Shown here: positions 1-9,362 of the stretch, piece after piece | Position numbering within the stretch: position 1 is the first letter of the stretch | Layout: each line of letters starts with the position of its first letter | Assembly (NCBI GenBank): GCA_038134595.1 | Contig: JAYPVM010000005.1 | Span: 32,001 to 96,000 of the forward strand | DNA length: 64,000 nt | DNA from: Pseudomonadota bacterium | Lineage (GTDB): Bacteria > Bdellovibrionota_C > UBA2361 > OMII01 | Direction of reading: 5' to 3' | Translations under genes and position numbers: made by a program | The notes under the pieces: model-generated | The model's input: only the letters and a program-made list of their open reading frames with translations | Databases searched by the model: none | What the model was told of the DNA's origin: nothing

Positions 1-814
1 GTACCGCCATAGCAACCTTAAACCCCTTGCCTTCCTCGCCTAATATCGCATCACTTGGGATTCGCACGTTATCAAAACGGACTGTTGTAGTGCAGGAAGC
101 TCTGATACCCATTTTGTCCTCTTTAGGCCCAACAGAAACTCCTTCCCAATCCCGCTCAACAATAAAAGCAGTCATCTTTCCGTTATCACCAGCTGTCTTT
201 GCAAAGACTGTAAAGAATCCAGCCGTGCCTCCGTTTGTAATCCATATTTTTTCCCCAGATAGAGAGTAGCTTCCATCAGAATTTTTAACAGCTTCCGTTT
301 TAATCGACGCGGCATCCGAGCCCGAACCTGACTCAGTGAGGCAAAACGCCGCTATTAATTCCCCGGTTGCAAGCCTTGGCAGGTACTTCTCTTTCTGTGC
401 TTCGGTACCAAACAGCAGAAGCGCTTTCATCCCAATAGACGAGTGCGCTCCAATGGTAAGGGAAGTGGAACCATCATACCGGCTTGTTTGCTGTAGTATC
501 CGCGAGTAGCCCGTATTCGATAAGCCTAGGCCTGCATACTCCTCAGGAATAATGAGAGAAAATAAACCTAACTCTCGAAGCTCATTTAGGTACTCTTCAG
601 GCTGTTGCCCTTCGGAATCAAACCGACGGAAGTCCTCTTCTCGATTAGCCATAAACTTATCAACGGATTCGACAATAAAGCGAAGCGTCTCCTTTTCTTC
701 TTCTGCCACAGAGGGAAACGGGATAATCGACTCAGTCCGAAACATGCCAGAAAACAGGCCCTTGGCTGGGCTTGCTAGATTAGAGAACTCTGAATCACTT
801 TTGGCACTATCCAT
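1..814 (-). CDS. Acyl-CoA dehydrogenase (ACAD9/VLCAD-like); 3' end runs off the window start
   Basis: Not in the ORF track; my translation from ATG at 814 (AGGAG upstream) gives MDSAKSDSEF...IPEEYAGLG...GAHSSIG...AFCLTESGSGSDA...LSGEKIWITNG...EDKMGIRAS, all ACAD motifs. Confidence 0.93.
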   Translation of the reverse strand, partial: MDSAKSDSEFSNLASPAKGLFSGMFRTESIIPFPSVAEEEKETLRFIVESVDKFMANREEDFRRFDSEGQQPEEYLNELRELGLFSLIIPEEYAGLGLSNTGYSRILQQTSRYDGSTSLTIGAHSSIGMKALLLFGTEAQKEKYLPRLATGELIAAFCLTESGSGSDAASIKTEAVKNSDGSYSLSGEKIWITNGGTAGFFTVFAKTAGDNGKMTAFIVERDWEGVSVGPKEDKMGIRASCTTTVRFDNVRIPSDAILGEEGKGFKVAMAV

Positions 815-825
815 TATGCTTGCTC

Positions 826-1989
826 CTAAGTAGACACCCCTTCACTGCCACTAGCGGTGTTCGTTAAAAACCTTACAATTTCTAAAAACGTGTCTTCACG
901 ATTCGCTACCGCTGAGTGCCCACCCTGAACCCAACGTAGGTCCACATCGCTCCATCTCTTCCGGAGCTCAGAGATCTGCCCGATTGGAACTAAATGATCT
1001 CCTTCCCCCCCTATTACCAACATTCGTTTTTGCGGCGTGGCGGGCAGAGAATTATAAGGGCAGTGGTCTTGATAGAGACTCCTTAAAAAGTCTCTATCGA
1101 TGCCATCGCTCTGACCATCCTTAGAAAGCAGACTCCAAGCCATGTCTCCCATTGAGAACATGGGAACTAGAAAGAGTGCCCTATCCAAGACATCTCGAGA
1201 CGCCCAAACTGCACCGACATACGCACCTAAACTCATACCAACCGTAGCAACCCGCCTAGATCCCTTAGACTCAAGGTAACTACGAAGCACACGGAGGTCG
1301 TGAAGCGCATGGGCAATTGCTATACATGTCCGCACAGGATCAACACTCGGAAATAAAGGACCATCTACTGAAGATTTAGTTGGCATTCTACGACCATGAA
1401 AAGGCAGCTCAACCAAGGCCACATCAAAGCCGAGACGGTAGAGAATACCTGGTAGAAATGCTAACGAATTAGCCCGCTGATCTCCCATCGTCCAGCCGTG
1501 AATACCCACGACCGTCAATCGCTCCTTATTGCCATCGCTGTGGGACCAGAACCTTACAAAAGACGCTGCGTTCTCTTCAATCAGCCTATAACTAGGATCT
1601 AAATGTAATCTAGAATCTGGAAATGGTGATGCAAACTTTAAATCATAAACCGCCCCATCTGGAAATCCGTGAACCTGAGTTACTTCCGGAATTGGCGTAA
1701 AAGAAGGCCTCTCAAACAGTAGATCTAGAGCACCGGTTTTGCGAGTTTTTTGAAGAAACTCACCCTTCTCTACCAAAAGCTCGATATTCAGAGAGGGTGC
1801 AAAACTTTGGAGAGACACTTCTCCTAGGCTTTTACCAAGTCGACCCAAGACCCGGTCTAATCCCCTTCCTCCCACTACGGTAAGTCGCTCAACGTCACTG
1901 AGACGACTGTCAACACAGCCATTAAGAATACAAAAATCAGACGGCGAATCAGCCATTAACGACATTCCTTGAATGTTTTTACCCCACAC
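826..1989 (-). CDS. Alpha/beta hydrolase fold protein
   Basis: HGW oxyanion loop, LPFHGRR, nucleophile elbow GMSLG, acid D (GDHLVP), His (GGH); directly upstream of the ACAD gene; start uncertain. Confidence 0.85.
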   Translation of the reverse strand: MWGKNIQGMSLMADSPSDFCILNGCVDSRLSDVERLTVVGGRGLDRVLGRLGKSLGEVSLQSFAPSLNIELLVEKGEFLQKTRKTGALDLLFERPSFTPIPEVTQVHGFPDGAVYDLKFASPFPDSRLHLDPSYRLIEENAASFVRFWSHSDGNKERLTVVGIHGWTMGDQRANSLAFLPGILYRLGFDVALVELPFHGRRMPTKSSVDGPLFPSVDPVRTCIAIAHALHDLRVLRSYLESKGSRRVATVGMSLGAYVGAVWASRDVLDRALFLVPMFSMGDMAWSLLSKDGQSDGIDRDFLRSLYQDHCPYNSLPATPQKRMLVIGGEGDHLVPIGQISELRKRWSDVDLRWVQGGHSAVANREDTFLEIVRFLTNTASGSEGVST

Positions 1990-2447
1990 CTACAGACAGC
2001 CAAACAGTAACAACGGAACAAGCTGCCAGAGAGCACCCGGGCGCGCCTCGGCTTCGTTTCCGGGTAAAGCTTATTCTTTCTCACACTAATATGATGCCGG
2101 CCCATCAATGGTAGATTGGGATAACTTGCTAATTATACCAGAATATTCCTTCGGTCGGATAGAAAATCTACGGTCAGATATGGCTGCAAATTGAAAATGA
2201 CTCTTAAGCCAAGAGGTTTTTAAACAGAACAGTGGATTAATAACTAAGTCTCCAGTAGGCTATCCAGGGTAGCATGATAGTGGGATTGTCCGACTGCACC
2301 TATAGCCGCAAGAGTTTGCGTTACGTTTTCAAGAGCAAAAACTACGTATTTTATATGAGATACCGGTTACCTTGCCCCTGACAGCTAACTAGCCCTTCGT
2401 GCAATTTGGGCTGCTTGCCGGATAAGCAAAACTCACAGCACTACTGG

Positions 2448-2561
2448 CTCCCGTTGGGTGTTATTTTGAGCTCGCGTCTTTCCATCCCTAGGAATAATCA
2501 ATGACGGTTATTCGTAGGGATGGCAGAGCATGGTGCGATGCCAAAATAGATCACTAAGGAG
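2448..2561 (+). promoter_or_regulatory. Long imperfect hairpin in the 5' leader of ORF 2571, covering its Shine-Dalgarno
   Basis: Nested pairings CTCC/GGAG, TATTTTG/CAAAATA, TCGC/GCGA, CCATCCCTA/TAGGGATGG, GAATAA/TTATTC. Confidence 0.55.
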
Positions 2562-2570
2562 GATTGCGTT

Positions 2571-2837
2571 GTGGCAATTAGCTATGATCCGCTCACAGGA
2601 GCACGTGAAGCAACATGGGCACCCGGTGGGTCGCCCGAGAGGGACCTCACCGAGGCCTTTCTTCGGTACTGCAACACCGTACCAAAAAGGAATAGGAATT
2701 TCGCCAGCTGCGTTCGACAATGGGCACAACTGAGAATACAGGCGGAACAGAGTGTCGATCCGGAAGGGGCAGACGCAAAAAAGATGCCACCGGAGTTTCG
2801 GAAAAAGCTTCAGGAGGCCTTTGCCTCTCGGTTTTAG
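2571..2837 (+). CDS. Small hypothetical protein (88 aa)
   Basis: Strong SD AAGGAGG before the GTG; terminator-like hairpin after the stop. Confidence 0.65.
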   Translation: MAISYDPLTGAREATWAPGGSPERDLTEAFLRYCNTVPKRNRNFASCVRQWAQLRIQAEQSVDPEGADAKKMPPEFRKKLQEAFASRF

Positions 2838-2850
2838 ATGATTAAACAAG

Positions 2851-2883
2851 CTCCAGGGGAAGCCGCTTGTGCTTCCCCTGGAG
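2851..2883 (+). terminator. Putative intrinsic terminator hairpin
   Basis: Perfect 13-bp stem CTCCAGGGGAAGC/GCTTCCCCTGGAG just after the 2837 stop; weak U-tract. Confidence 0.6.
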
Positions 2884-2991
2884 GATTTCATCGACTAAGG
2901 TTATCTAATGCTCTGCACATCCATCGTTGCCAATGAAAAAGGGCAAATGCGGCTTTAGAAAAAAGAGACTGGGTTAAGGAGCGCTCTTGAG

Positions 2992-4380
2992 ATGCACCGA
3001 GACGATTTTAGACGTGAAAGCGGCGAAATGAAAGAAGAGACACATCATAGCTCACATGTGCCCGATGCTATAGATGGCGCAATAACACCACCATTGGACC
3101 GCACGTTAATTCTTGATCTCTTAATTGAAACGGCACTGACCTCTGACAACCCCGTGGAGGAGCTCCATGCCATTCAAGCTGATTCCCGATTCGACTACAA
3201 AGGCGCACAGAGGGATTTCTGTGACACGCTCTGGAATATTGAACAACGACACTTTGATAAACTAGTATCTTCCTCACAATACTCAGCCGAGCTTGTAGGT
3301 GCTATAAGGCACCGCGGCGAAATATTTGTCCAACTGAATGCCTATCACATCCCGTCAGCATCCATCAATGCATGGCTACAACTGGCATCTGAAGAGATTG
3401 AATTCCTCAATCATCTACCGGAATGGAACGACGCCGACGTTCTCCTTTGCTCACATGCGCTCTCTGTTCTAGAGGAGCTTGTCGTAAATGGGCCGTCCGA
3501 ATGGTCAATATATGAAAAACTTCAGGCCAATATTCTTCAACAACTAGAGGGGATGTCACACCGTTTTTTTCACGATGAAAATTTATCCTCACCTCCGGAG
3601 GAGGCAAACAGAGTAGCTCTGCTCTCTTGGTTAGTTCTTGCAAATGATTCTGGTATTGATTCCCTCAAAAATGAGGCGGCTGGCCTAATCCCGCAGCTAC
3701 TCGAAATCTGGAAATTAGTGGATCAAAGAGACGGCGATTCAGAGTCAGAAGATGAATCCCTCTATCCCCAGAGTGAGTGCGACAAGGAAGGGGATACAGA
3801 CTCCGAATTTTTATTAGAAAATCTGGAAAATTGGCGGGCGAACAACCAAGAGGAATCCACGGATGAGACATTCGCAATTGACTCAGATGAGGACAACCTG
3901 GAATGGCGAGAAGGCTTTGAGTTATCTGAAATCCAACAGTGGGAACATGCGTTAACTTTAGCTCTCCAGGCCGGCCAGTCGAGAATCGATTTAGATGATG
4001 AGTTCATACTAGTCCTACACACAGCCGATATAGGCTCCGATCTGTGGCAGTCTGCTTTTGACGGACTCTTAGTCTCGTCCTATGCAGAGAGCCTACGCGT
4101 TATTGAATCGTTGTTCGACACAGTGCAATCGATGCCGGGGGCAATGCGGCATATTACATCACCCCTCGATGCATCCGAGAGAATTTCCCACAAATTCTAT
4201 TATTCCCCTCCTGACCTTCTGCAAGACGCACTACAAAAAGAAAAACCTAGGGCTAGGCGAAAGATCTTAAAAATGATCTCTAAATATATCGAAGATGAAA
4301 AACTCTCGGGGGGTGAAACTGAAGTGATGGCTTCAAGGTTCAATAAACTTCTTCGAAACCTTCGTGGATTAAAGCGATAA
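2992..4380 (+). CDS. Hypothetical, very acidic, predicted helical protein
   Basis: 462-aa ORF with AAGGAG upstream; D/E-rich central tract; no motif recognised. Confidence 0.7.
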   Translation: MHRDDFRRESGEMKEETHHSSHVPDAIDGAITPPLDRTLILDLLIETALTSDNPVEELHAIQADSRFDYKGAQRDFCDTLWNIEQRHFDKLVSSSQYSAELVGAIRHRGEIFVQLNAYHIPSASINAWLQLASEEIEFLNHLPEWNDADVLLCSHALSVLEELVVNGPSEWSIYEKLQANILQQLEGMSHRFFHDENLSSPPEEANRVALLSWLVLANDSGIDSLKNEAAGLIPQLLEIWKLVDQRDGDSESEDESLYPQSECDKEGDTDSEFLLENLENWRANNQEESTDETFAIDSDEDNLEWREGFELSEIQQWEHALTLALQAGQSRIDLDDEFILVLHTADIGSDLWQSAFDGLLVSSYAESLRVIESLFDTVQSMPGAMRHITSPLDASERISHKFYYSPPDLLQDALQKEKPRARRKILKMISKYIEDEKLSGGETEVMASRFNKLLRNLRGLKR

Positions 4381-4388
4381 AAATCATG

Positions 4389-5066
4389 TTAGCGAACTTT
4401 CGCAGCTTGATTTTGAGCTGAATTGACTGTTACATGTAGCAGCGAGTCCTGAGTGAACAATTTTTCAACTAGCGACAGATCTCCCAATGCTGAAACTAAT
4501 GCACCTTCAAGCCAGGTGCTTGCGTGACCTCTTGCCATCTCGTCGAATAACTTTTGGTTTAATACGAATTTTTCTAGTTCTACTTTAGGAACGCCATCAG
4601 TTATTTCGAACTTGCCGGCTAGCTCTCCAGTTGCGAAACGAGAGTTAATGTTTGGTACAATGATGCGAGCAGCTCGCCATTCACCAAGAAAACCGAGCGG
4701 TAGAGAGAACCTCAAAAACACCTTATCCCCATTGAGAGCAAGGGATATGTTTTCCTCTAAACCTCGGATGCGCACAGCTGCGTTTAGATCTGTGCTAGTA
4801 AAGCTATCCGCGAAGTCATTACCAGAGTCCAATGCGCGGAGTAATCCTAACAACTTATCGCCATTTACATTGTCATTAGAGGATACGTCCTCGCTCAGGC
4901 GCACGAGGCTAGAGGCCGCGGGCGTTGTATACATCTCCACAGCACCTTTAACACTGCGAATTCCCCACCAGGTTAGAAAAGCCCCTAGAATAATGACTAT
5001 GAAAGCCGAAATAAGGCATCCGTAACTAAAACACCCGGGTTGTTTGGATTGCGAATTCACCAACAA
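4389..5066 (-). CDS. Hypothetical protein with N-terminal membrane anchor
   Basis: GCFSYGCLISAFIVIILGAFLTWWG hydrophobic helix; abuts the upstream lipoprotein gene. Confidence 0.7.
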   Translation of the reverse strand: MLVNSQSKQPGCFSYGCLISAFIVIILGAFLTWWGIRSVKGAVEMYTTPAASSLVRLSEDVSSNDNVNGDKLLGLLRALDSGNDFADSFTSTDLNAAVRIRGLEENISLALNGDKVFLRFSLPLGFLGEWRAARIIVPNINSRFATGELAGKFEITDGVPKVELEKFVLNQKLFDEMARGHASTWLEGALVSALGDLSLVEKLFTQDSLLHVTVNSAQNQAAKVR

Positions 5067-5067
5067 A

Positions 5068-5301
5068 TTACTCCGCGACCTTAGAGTGTGCCTCTTCTTG
5101 AATTGCTTTTATCTGGCTGTCGAAGAGACATCCACGTAGTGATCGCTCATCCACCTCGCCTAGTTTTTCGACACAGGCCTTACACAGACCAACATCTATT
5201 GAATCTCCATTCGCATTGCGCCATGGAGAACATGGATCGACAGGCGCCACCGAGCAACCTAAAAAAGATAGAAACACTACGGTAAAAAACAGGGTTCTCA
5301 T
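5068..5301 (-). CDS. Small Cys-rich putative lipoprotein
   Basis: MRTLFFTVVFLSFLGC lipobox from ATG at 5301; four further Cys. Confidence 0.6.
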   Translation of the reverse strand: MRTLFFTVVFLSFLGCSVAPVDPCSPWRNANGDSIDVGLCKACVEKLGEVDERSLRGCLFDSQIKAIQEEAHSKVAE

Positions 5302-5347
5302 AACGAGCAGTTGTAGCAGAGACTCTCTTAACTGAAAAGACCAAGCT

Positions 5348-8119
5348 TTAGAGCTCAAGCGCATTCATGAGTTCTTCCCTGCTAATTCCACCTACGAAAC
5401 CCTCTTGAGTGTTACTCGCTGCGTAATCACCTAACGTTTTAGCCTGCCCCTTCTCTTTTCGCCTCAAATTCCAATGAATAATCTCATCAACTTTGCACCC
5501 TACTAGCGAAATTATATTTACGGTACCGGTCTGACCGATCCGATGAATTCGATCAACGGACTGCATCCAATGTTCTGCATTCCACGTTTTTTCAAGATAA
5601 ACGGCAGTTTGAGCGGCTGTCAGTGTTATTCCGACACCGCCAGCAGCTGGCACCGCTACTAATATCGAAGGCGAATCCTCCTCTTGAAATGCTCTAACTG
5701 TCTTTTCCCGCACAGAAGTCGCCACTTCACCAGAAAACGGTGCGGCACCATATGATTTATAGCGGTCACATAACTCTACGATATTTCCAAGGTAATTCGT
5801 CCAAATTACCATTTTCTGCCGATGTTCGCCGACAACTTCCCGCACAAGCTCATCTAATTCTACAAATTTAGCAGGCTCTCCTGTCCACTGAGGATCGATT
5901 AAACGAGGGTTTGAAGCTACTTGCACTGCCCGAAGATACTCTTCAAGGATATTGGTTATTTCTCGGACAAACTGCTCTCCAGAGAGACTTCGCATGCGTA
6001 GCATCAATCCTTCGCGAATTTCATTATACCGCTCTAGCTGGGTCCCTCGAAGCTCAACCTCCCGAAGCGAAAACGTCTTCGCAGGTAAGTTTACAACATT
6101 CTCCTTTCGCCTCCGAAGCATTACCTCATGTACTCTATGAATACTTTCGCGGACTTCATCATCTCGGAACTTTTTGACGGCATACTGGCTAAATTCCGTG
6201 CCGAGTTCAGCAACCTTTGAAAGCCATTTGTAATAACTCTTACCGAGCCTAAGACCTCCGTCAGCTATCTTCATTTGAGCCCAAATATCAGACACATCCT
6301 TTGGTGTAGGAGTACCGCTTAATAAAACCCTTCGGTCACAGGCACAAGCAACCTGACTGACAGCCTTAAAAGTCTTGCCGGAGGGATTCTTAATGCGCTG
6401 TGACTCATCTAAACACAGTAAGGTCTTTTGACTACGAACGAGAGCCTCAACTTCAGGGCTAACATATTCTAGTCGAATCGCCTCATAATTTACGATAAGC
6501 ACATCACAGGACGCACTTCCACTCGATAACAGACGAAGATTCCAAGCCTTAGCCTTTTTGTCTCCGGACAGGGTATGCACCTTCAGGTCAGGAAACCACA
6601 TAGCAACCTCCCTCGCCCAGTTTCGCGCAAGTGAGTTAGGACAAACAACAAGAAGCTGAGAACAGTCTTCCATGTTTCGCAACGACCAAAAATAACTAAG
6701 CACAGAGAGCGTCTTACCCAAACCCATATCATCGCCTAAAAATGCATAGGGCGTCTTCATTAACCAGGAGACAGCTACGCGCTGATGGGGAAATAACCGC
6801 TTGCACTCTTCAAGACTGAGACCTGAGATTCCATCATAATTGACATCTTGCAAGCCTGCATAAAACCTCGCCTGCTCCAAACGTTGAATTCTATCTCTAC
6901 AGTCTTCCAGAAGTCGTTCAAAAGACTGACTGATAGGAAAAGGATTTTCCCCGAAGTCGGTACATAGCCGATCAATCTCTTGCTTTATTGACAGGAGCTT
7001 TGAATCGGGAACCTCTAATAAAGGACTAGTTGCGGAGTCCTGGTAACTACCGCCAGTCTCCTCCCTAAAAGTATCGAATATAAGTCCGCGCAACTCTCGA
7101 TCGATTCCGCCACCAATTAAAAGCGCCCCTCGACCTGACTCCAAAGTTTTCCAAAGACTCGCCGAATCGAGTAAATCCGCTGCCTCATCCTCAAGAACAA
7201 CGTCCCCAGAACCAATTCGGCCGAAAACTTCCTCTCTCCTATCTGATATAAATGAATGAACATCGCGCGCAAGCCATACTGGGAATGGAAGAGAGGATAT
7301 TCTTCCAGCCAACTGAATCAGTTCTCGCTCATTTAAACTAATAGGCTGCCCCGACTGCCGTCGAAAACCGGGAAAGGCAAGCTTAAATTGCTCTCTTGAA
7401 AAACTCTGGGGCTCAAACGAGCCAACATTTTCGCTCGAAACATCAATAAAAGGAGTGAGGAGCGATTCCTTCAATTCCTGACCGGTGGCGCTACCTCTGT
7501 CCTTTTCAATGGATTGGCGCACGGCAGCAGTCTTTTTAAGAACGAGCCCAGCTTGTTCCTCAATAGCGAACAAAATGTTTTTATCGCGGCACCGCTTGAC
7601 AAAGGAGCTTAGCTCGGAGGCCGGTAGCGTGAATGCCTTATCCGAGGAGCAGAAGACTGCAGATGAGAGTCGCTGTAGGATACGATAAGCCGGATGCCCC
7701 ACGCGAGCCACTACCTTAAGCCTTCTAGCCTTATCTTCAAGCCGTATAATTACCTCTAATGGAGCACCCGCAATCGCTATTTCTGGCACTGCGAACGGAT
7801 TGTTACGGAGACACTCCAAAGCCTCCCCTATAGCTAACGGCGGCTCCTCAAGCGGATACACTCCATCTAGCACGCCCACGCCGGAAAATTCTGGGAGCGT
7901 TACGACCCGATGATAATCAGAGAAAGCGATACGCCAACTCTTATCCTCTGCATTGTAACGAGAGGTTGCCACCGCCTTAATAGCCTTGACCCGATCTGGC
8001 CTATACCGGAAGTCCACGAGAACAAATTGCCCGTTACGGAAAAATGAAACTATTGGTCCAGACTCCTGCCTCCACCAACGTTTAGAACCCTTCTTGGTGG
8101 TATTCTTCGCTTTAGCCAT
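5348..8119 (-). CDS. SNF2-family ATPase/helicase with HARP-like N-terminal region
   Basis: LFPHQ, LGDDMGLGKT, LDESQRIKN, LSGTP, GGVGITLTAA, QSVDRIHRIGQ. Confidence 0.92.
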   Translation of the reverse strand: MAKAKNTTKKGSKRWWRQESGPIVSFFRNGQFVLVDFRYRPDRVKAIKAVATSRYNAEDKSWRIAFSDYHRVVTLPEFSGVGVLDGVYPLEEPPLAIGEALECLRNNPFAVPEIAIAGAPLEVIIRLEDKARRLKVVARVGHPAYRILQRLSSAVFCSSDKAFTLPASELSSFVKRCRDKNILFAIEEQAGLVLKKTAAVRQSIEKDRGSATGQELKESLLTPFIDVSSENVGSFEPQSFSREQFKLAFPGFRRQSGQPISLNERELIQLAGRISSLPFPVWLARDVHSFISDRREEVFGRIGSGDVVLEDEAADLLDSASLWKTLESGRGALLIGGGIDRELRGLIFDTFREETGGSYQDSATSPLLEVPDSKLLSIKQEIDRLCTDFGENPFPISQSFERLLEDCRDRIQRLEQARFYAGLQDVNYDGISGLSLEECKRLFPHQRVAVSWLMKTPYAFLGDDMGLGKTLSVLSYFWSLRNMEDCSQLLVVCPNSLARNWAREVAMWFPDLKVHTLSGDKKAKAWNLRLLSSGSASCDVLIVNYEAIRLEYVSPEVEALVRSQKTLLCLDESQRIKNPSGKTFKAVSQVACACDRRVLLSGTPTPKDVSDIWAQMKIADGGLRLGKSYYKWLSKVAELGTEFSQYAVKKFRDDEVRESIHRVHEVMLRRRKENVVNLPAKTFSLREVELRGTQLERYNEIREGLMLRMRSLSGEQFVREITNILEEYLRAVQVASNPRLIDPQWTGEPAKFVELDELVREVVGEHRQKMVIWTNYLGNIVELCDRYKSYGAAPFSGEVATSVREKTVRAFQEEDSPSILVAVPAAGGVGITLTAAQTAVYLEKTWNAEHWMQSVDRIHRIGQTGTVNIISLVGCKVDEIIHWNLRRKEKGQAKTLGDYAASNTQEGFVGGISREELMNALEL

Positions 8120-8210
8120 ACGTTCTTTAAAACAGAAAACAACCGCACAAAAAAACTAGCGCCCCAAACCCTCTTTTTCTAATGCGAATCTATACGGCTA
8201 ATACTATAAT

Positions 8211-9362
8211 GTGACTGGTGGGCGTCAAGGCATTAGTAACGAGATGACAAGTCTATCTATACGGAATATCACGAAGCGTTTTGGGGGTCTACCCATCCTC
8301 GACAATATCTCAATCGACATCGAAGATGGTGAATTTTTCTCACTTCTCGGTCCGTCTGGTTGTGGCAAATCAACTCTCCTGCGGATCATCGCTGGACTCG
8401 AGCAAGCCGACTCGGGAACAATAGCCGTTGGAGGAGACTCGATCGACCACCTCCCTCCACAAAGAAGAGGCATAGGCTTTGTATTTCAAAACTATGCCCT
8501 TTGGCCCCATATGACCGTTCTCGATAACGTACTTTTTGGACTCAAAGCCAACGGGACTCCTCCGAGTGTTCGAAAGAAAAGGGTCGAAAACGTGCTTGAG
8601 CTTGTTCAACTCTCCCATCTACGCGCGCGATTTCCACATGAGCTCTCCGGAGGACAGCAGCAACGTGTCGCGCTCGCGCGCGCTCTTGCAATCCGTCCTT
8701 CGGTTATCCTTCTTGACGAACCATTGTCTAACCTCGACGCTCGCCTAAGGCTTGATATTCGAAACGAGCTTGCGGCACTTCACCGAGAACTTGGCACGAC
8801 CACGGTATATGTCACTCACGATCAAGACGATGCCCTCTCGCTCTCAAATCGAATCGCACTTGTAAATTCGGGACAAGTTGCACAAATAGGCACGCCAACG
8901 CAGCTCTATTTCACTCCCCAATCAAAGTTTGTTGGAGAATTTCTTGGATCAACTAATTTAATTGATGCAACTGCCTATAAGCCAGGTATACACGACGAAC
9001 TACACGTCTCGATAAATGGGATTTCCCATGCGCCTATAATCCTTCACCAGAAGTTAGCGCTCGCTTCTTCGGAAGATAAAATAAACGGCACGCTATCCAT
9101 TAGGCCAGAGAGTATTAGAGCTTCGTGCAACCCCGACGAGCAATCTGGTAAACTCGAAGCCGTAGTAGTTAGTCGTCAATTTCGGGGGTTTTATGAACTC
9201 ATCGAGCTGAGATTGAAAAATGGGGTAACCCTTAACCAGATTACAACTGAGCGTAGTCCAGACGACGGAGTAGTTGAGGGCGCTACCGCTTATATCACCT
9301 GGACTGCAAGTGACTTACTATTTCTTCCTGAAAGTATGGAGAAAGCTTGTGCGAGGGCATAG
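8211..9362 (+). CDS. ABC transporter ATP-binding subunit (FbpC/PotA-like, C-terminal TOBE region)
   Basis: Walker [38 protein letters not shown]; real start may be ATG at 8244. Confidence 0.93.
   Translation: MTGGRQGISNEMTSLSIRNITKRFGGLPILDNISIDIEDGEFFSLLGPSGCGKSTLLRIIAGLEQADSGTIAVGGDSIDHLPPQRRGIGFVFQNYALWPHMTVLDNVLFGLKANGTPPSVRKKRVENVLELVQLSHLRARFPHELSGGQQQRVALARALAIRPSVILLDEPLSNLDARLRLDIRNELAALHRELGTTTVYVTHDQDDALSLSNRIALVNSGQVAQIGTPTQLYFTPQSKFVGEFLGSTNLIDATAYKPGIHDELHVSINGISHAPIILHQKLALASSEDKINGTLSIRPESIRASCNPDEQSGKLEAVVVSRQFRGFYELIELRLKNGVTLNQITTERSPDDGVVEGATAYITWTASDLLFLPESMEKACARA

Noticed and set aside
27..833. Plus-strand ORFs 27..269 and 552..833
   Set aside because: Antisense shadows of the acyl-CoA dehydrogenase on the minus strand
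2508..2891. Alternative ORFs 2508..2891 (-) and 2530..2733 (+)
   Set aside because: They overlap 2571..2837, which has the strong SD and downstream terminator; neither has comparable signals
9274..9348. ORF-track N-terminal extension of the permease
   Set aside because: Lies inside the ATPase gene; GTG at 9349 with GGAG upstream is more plausible
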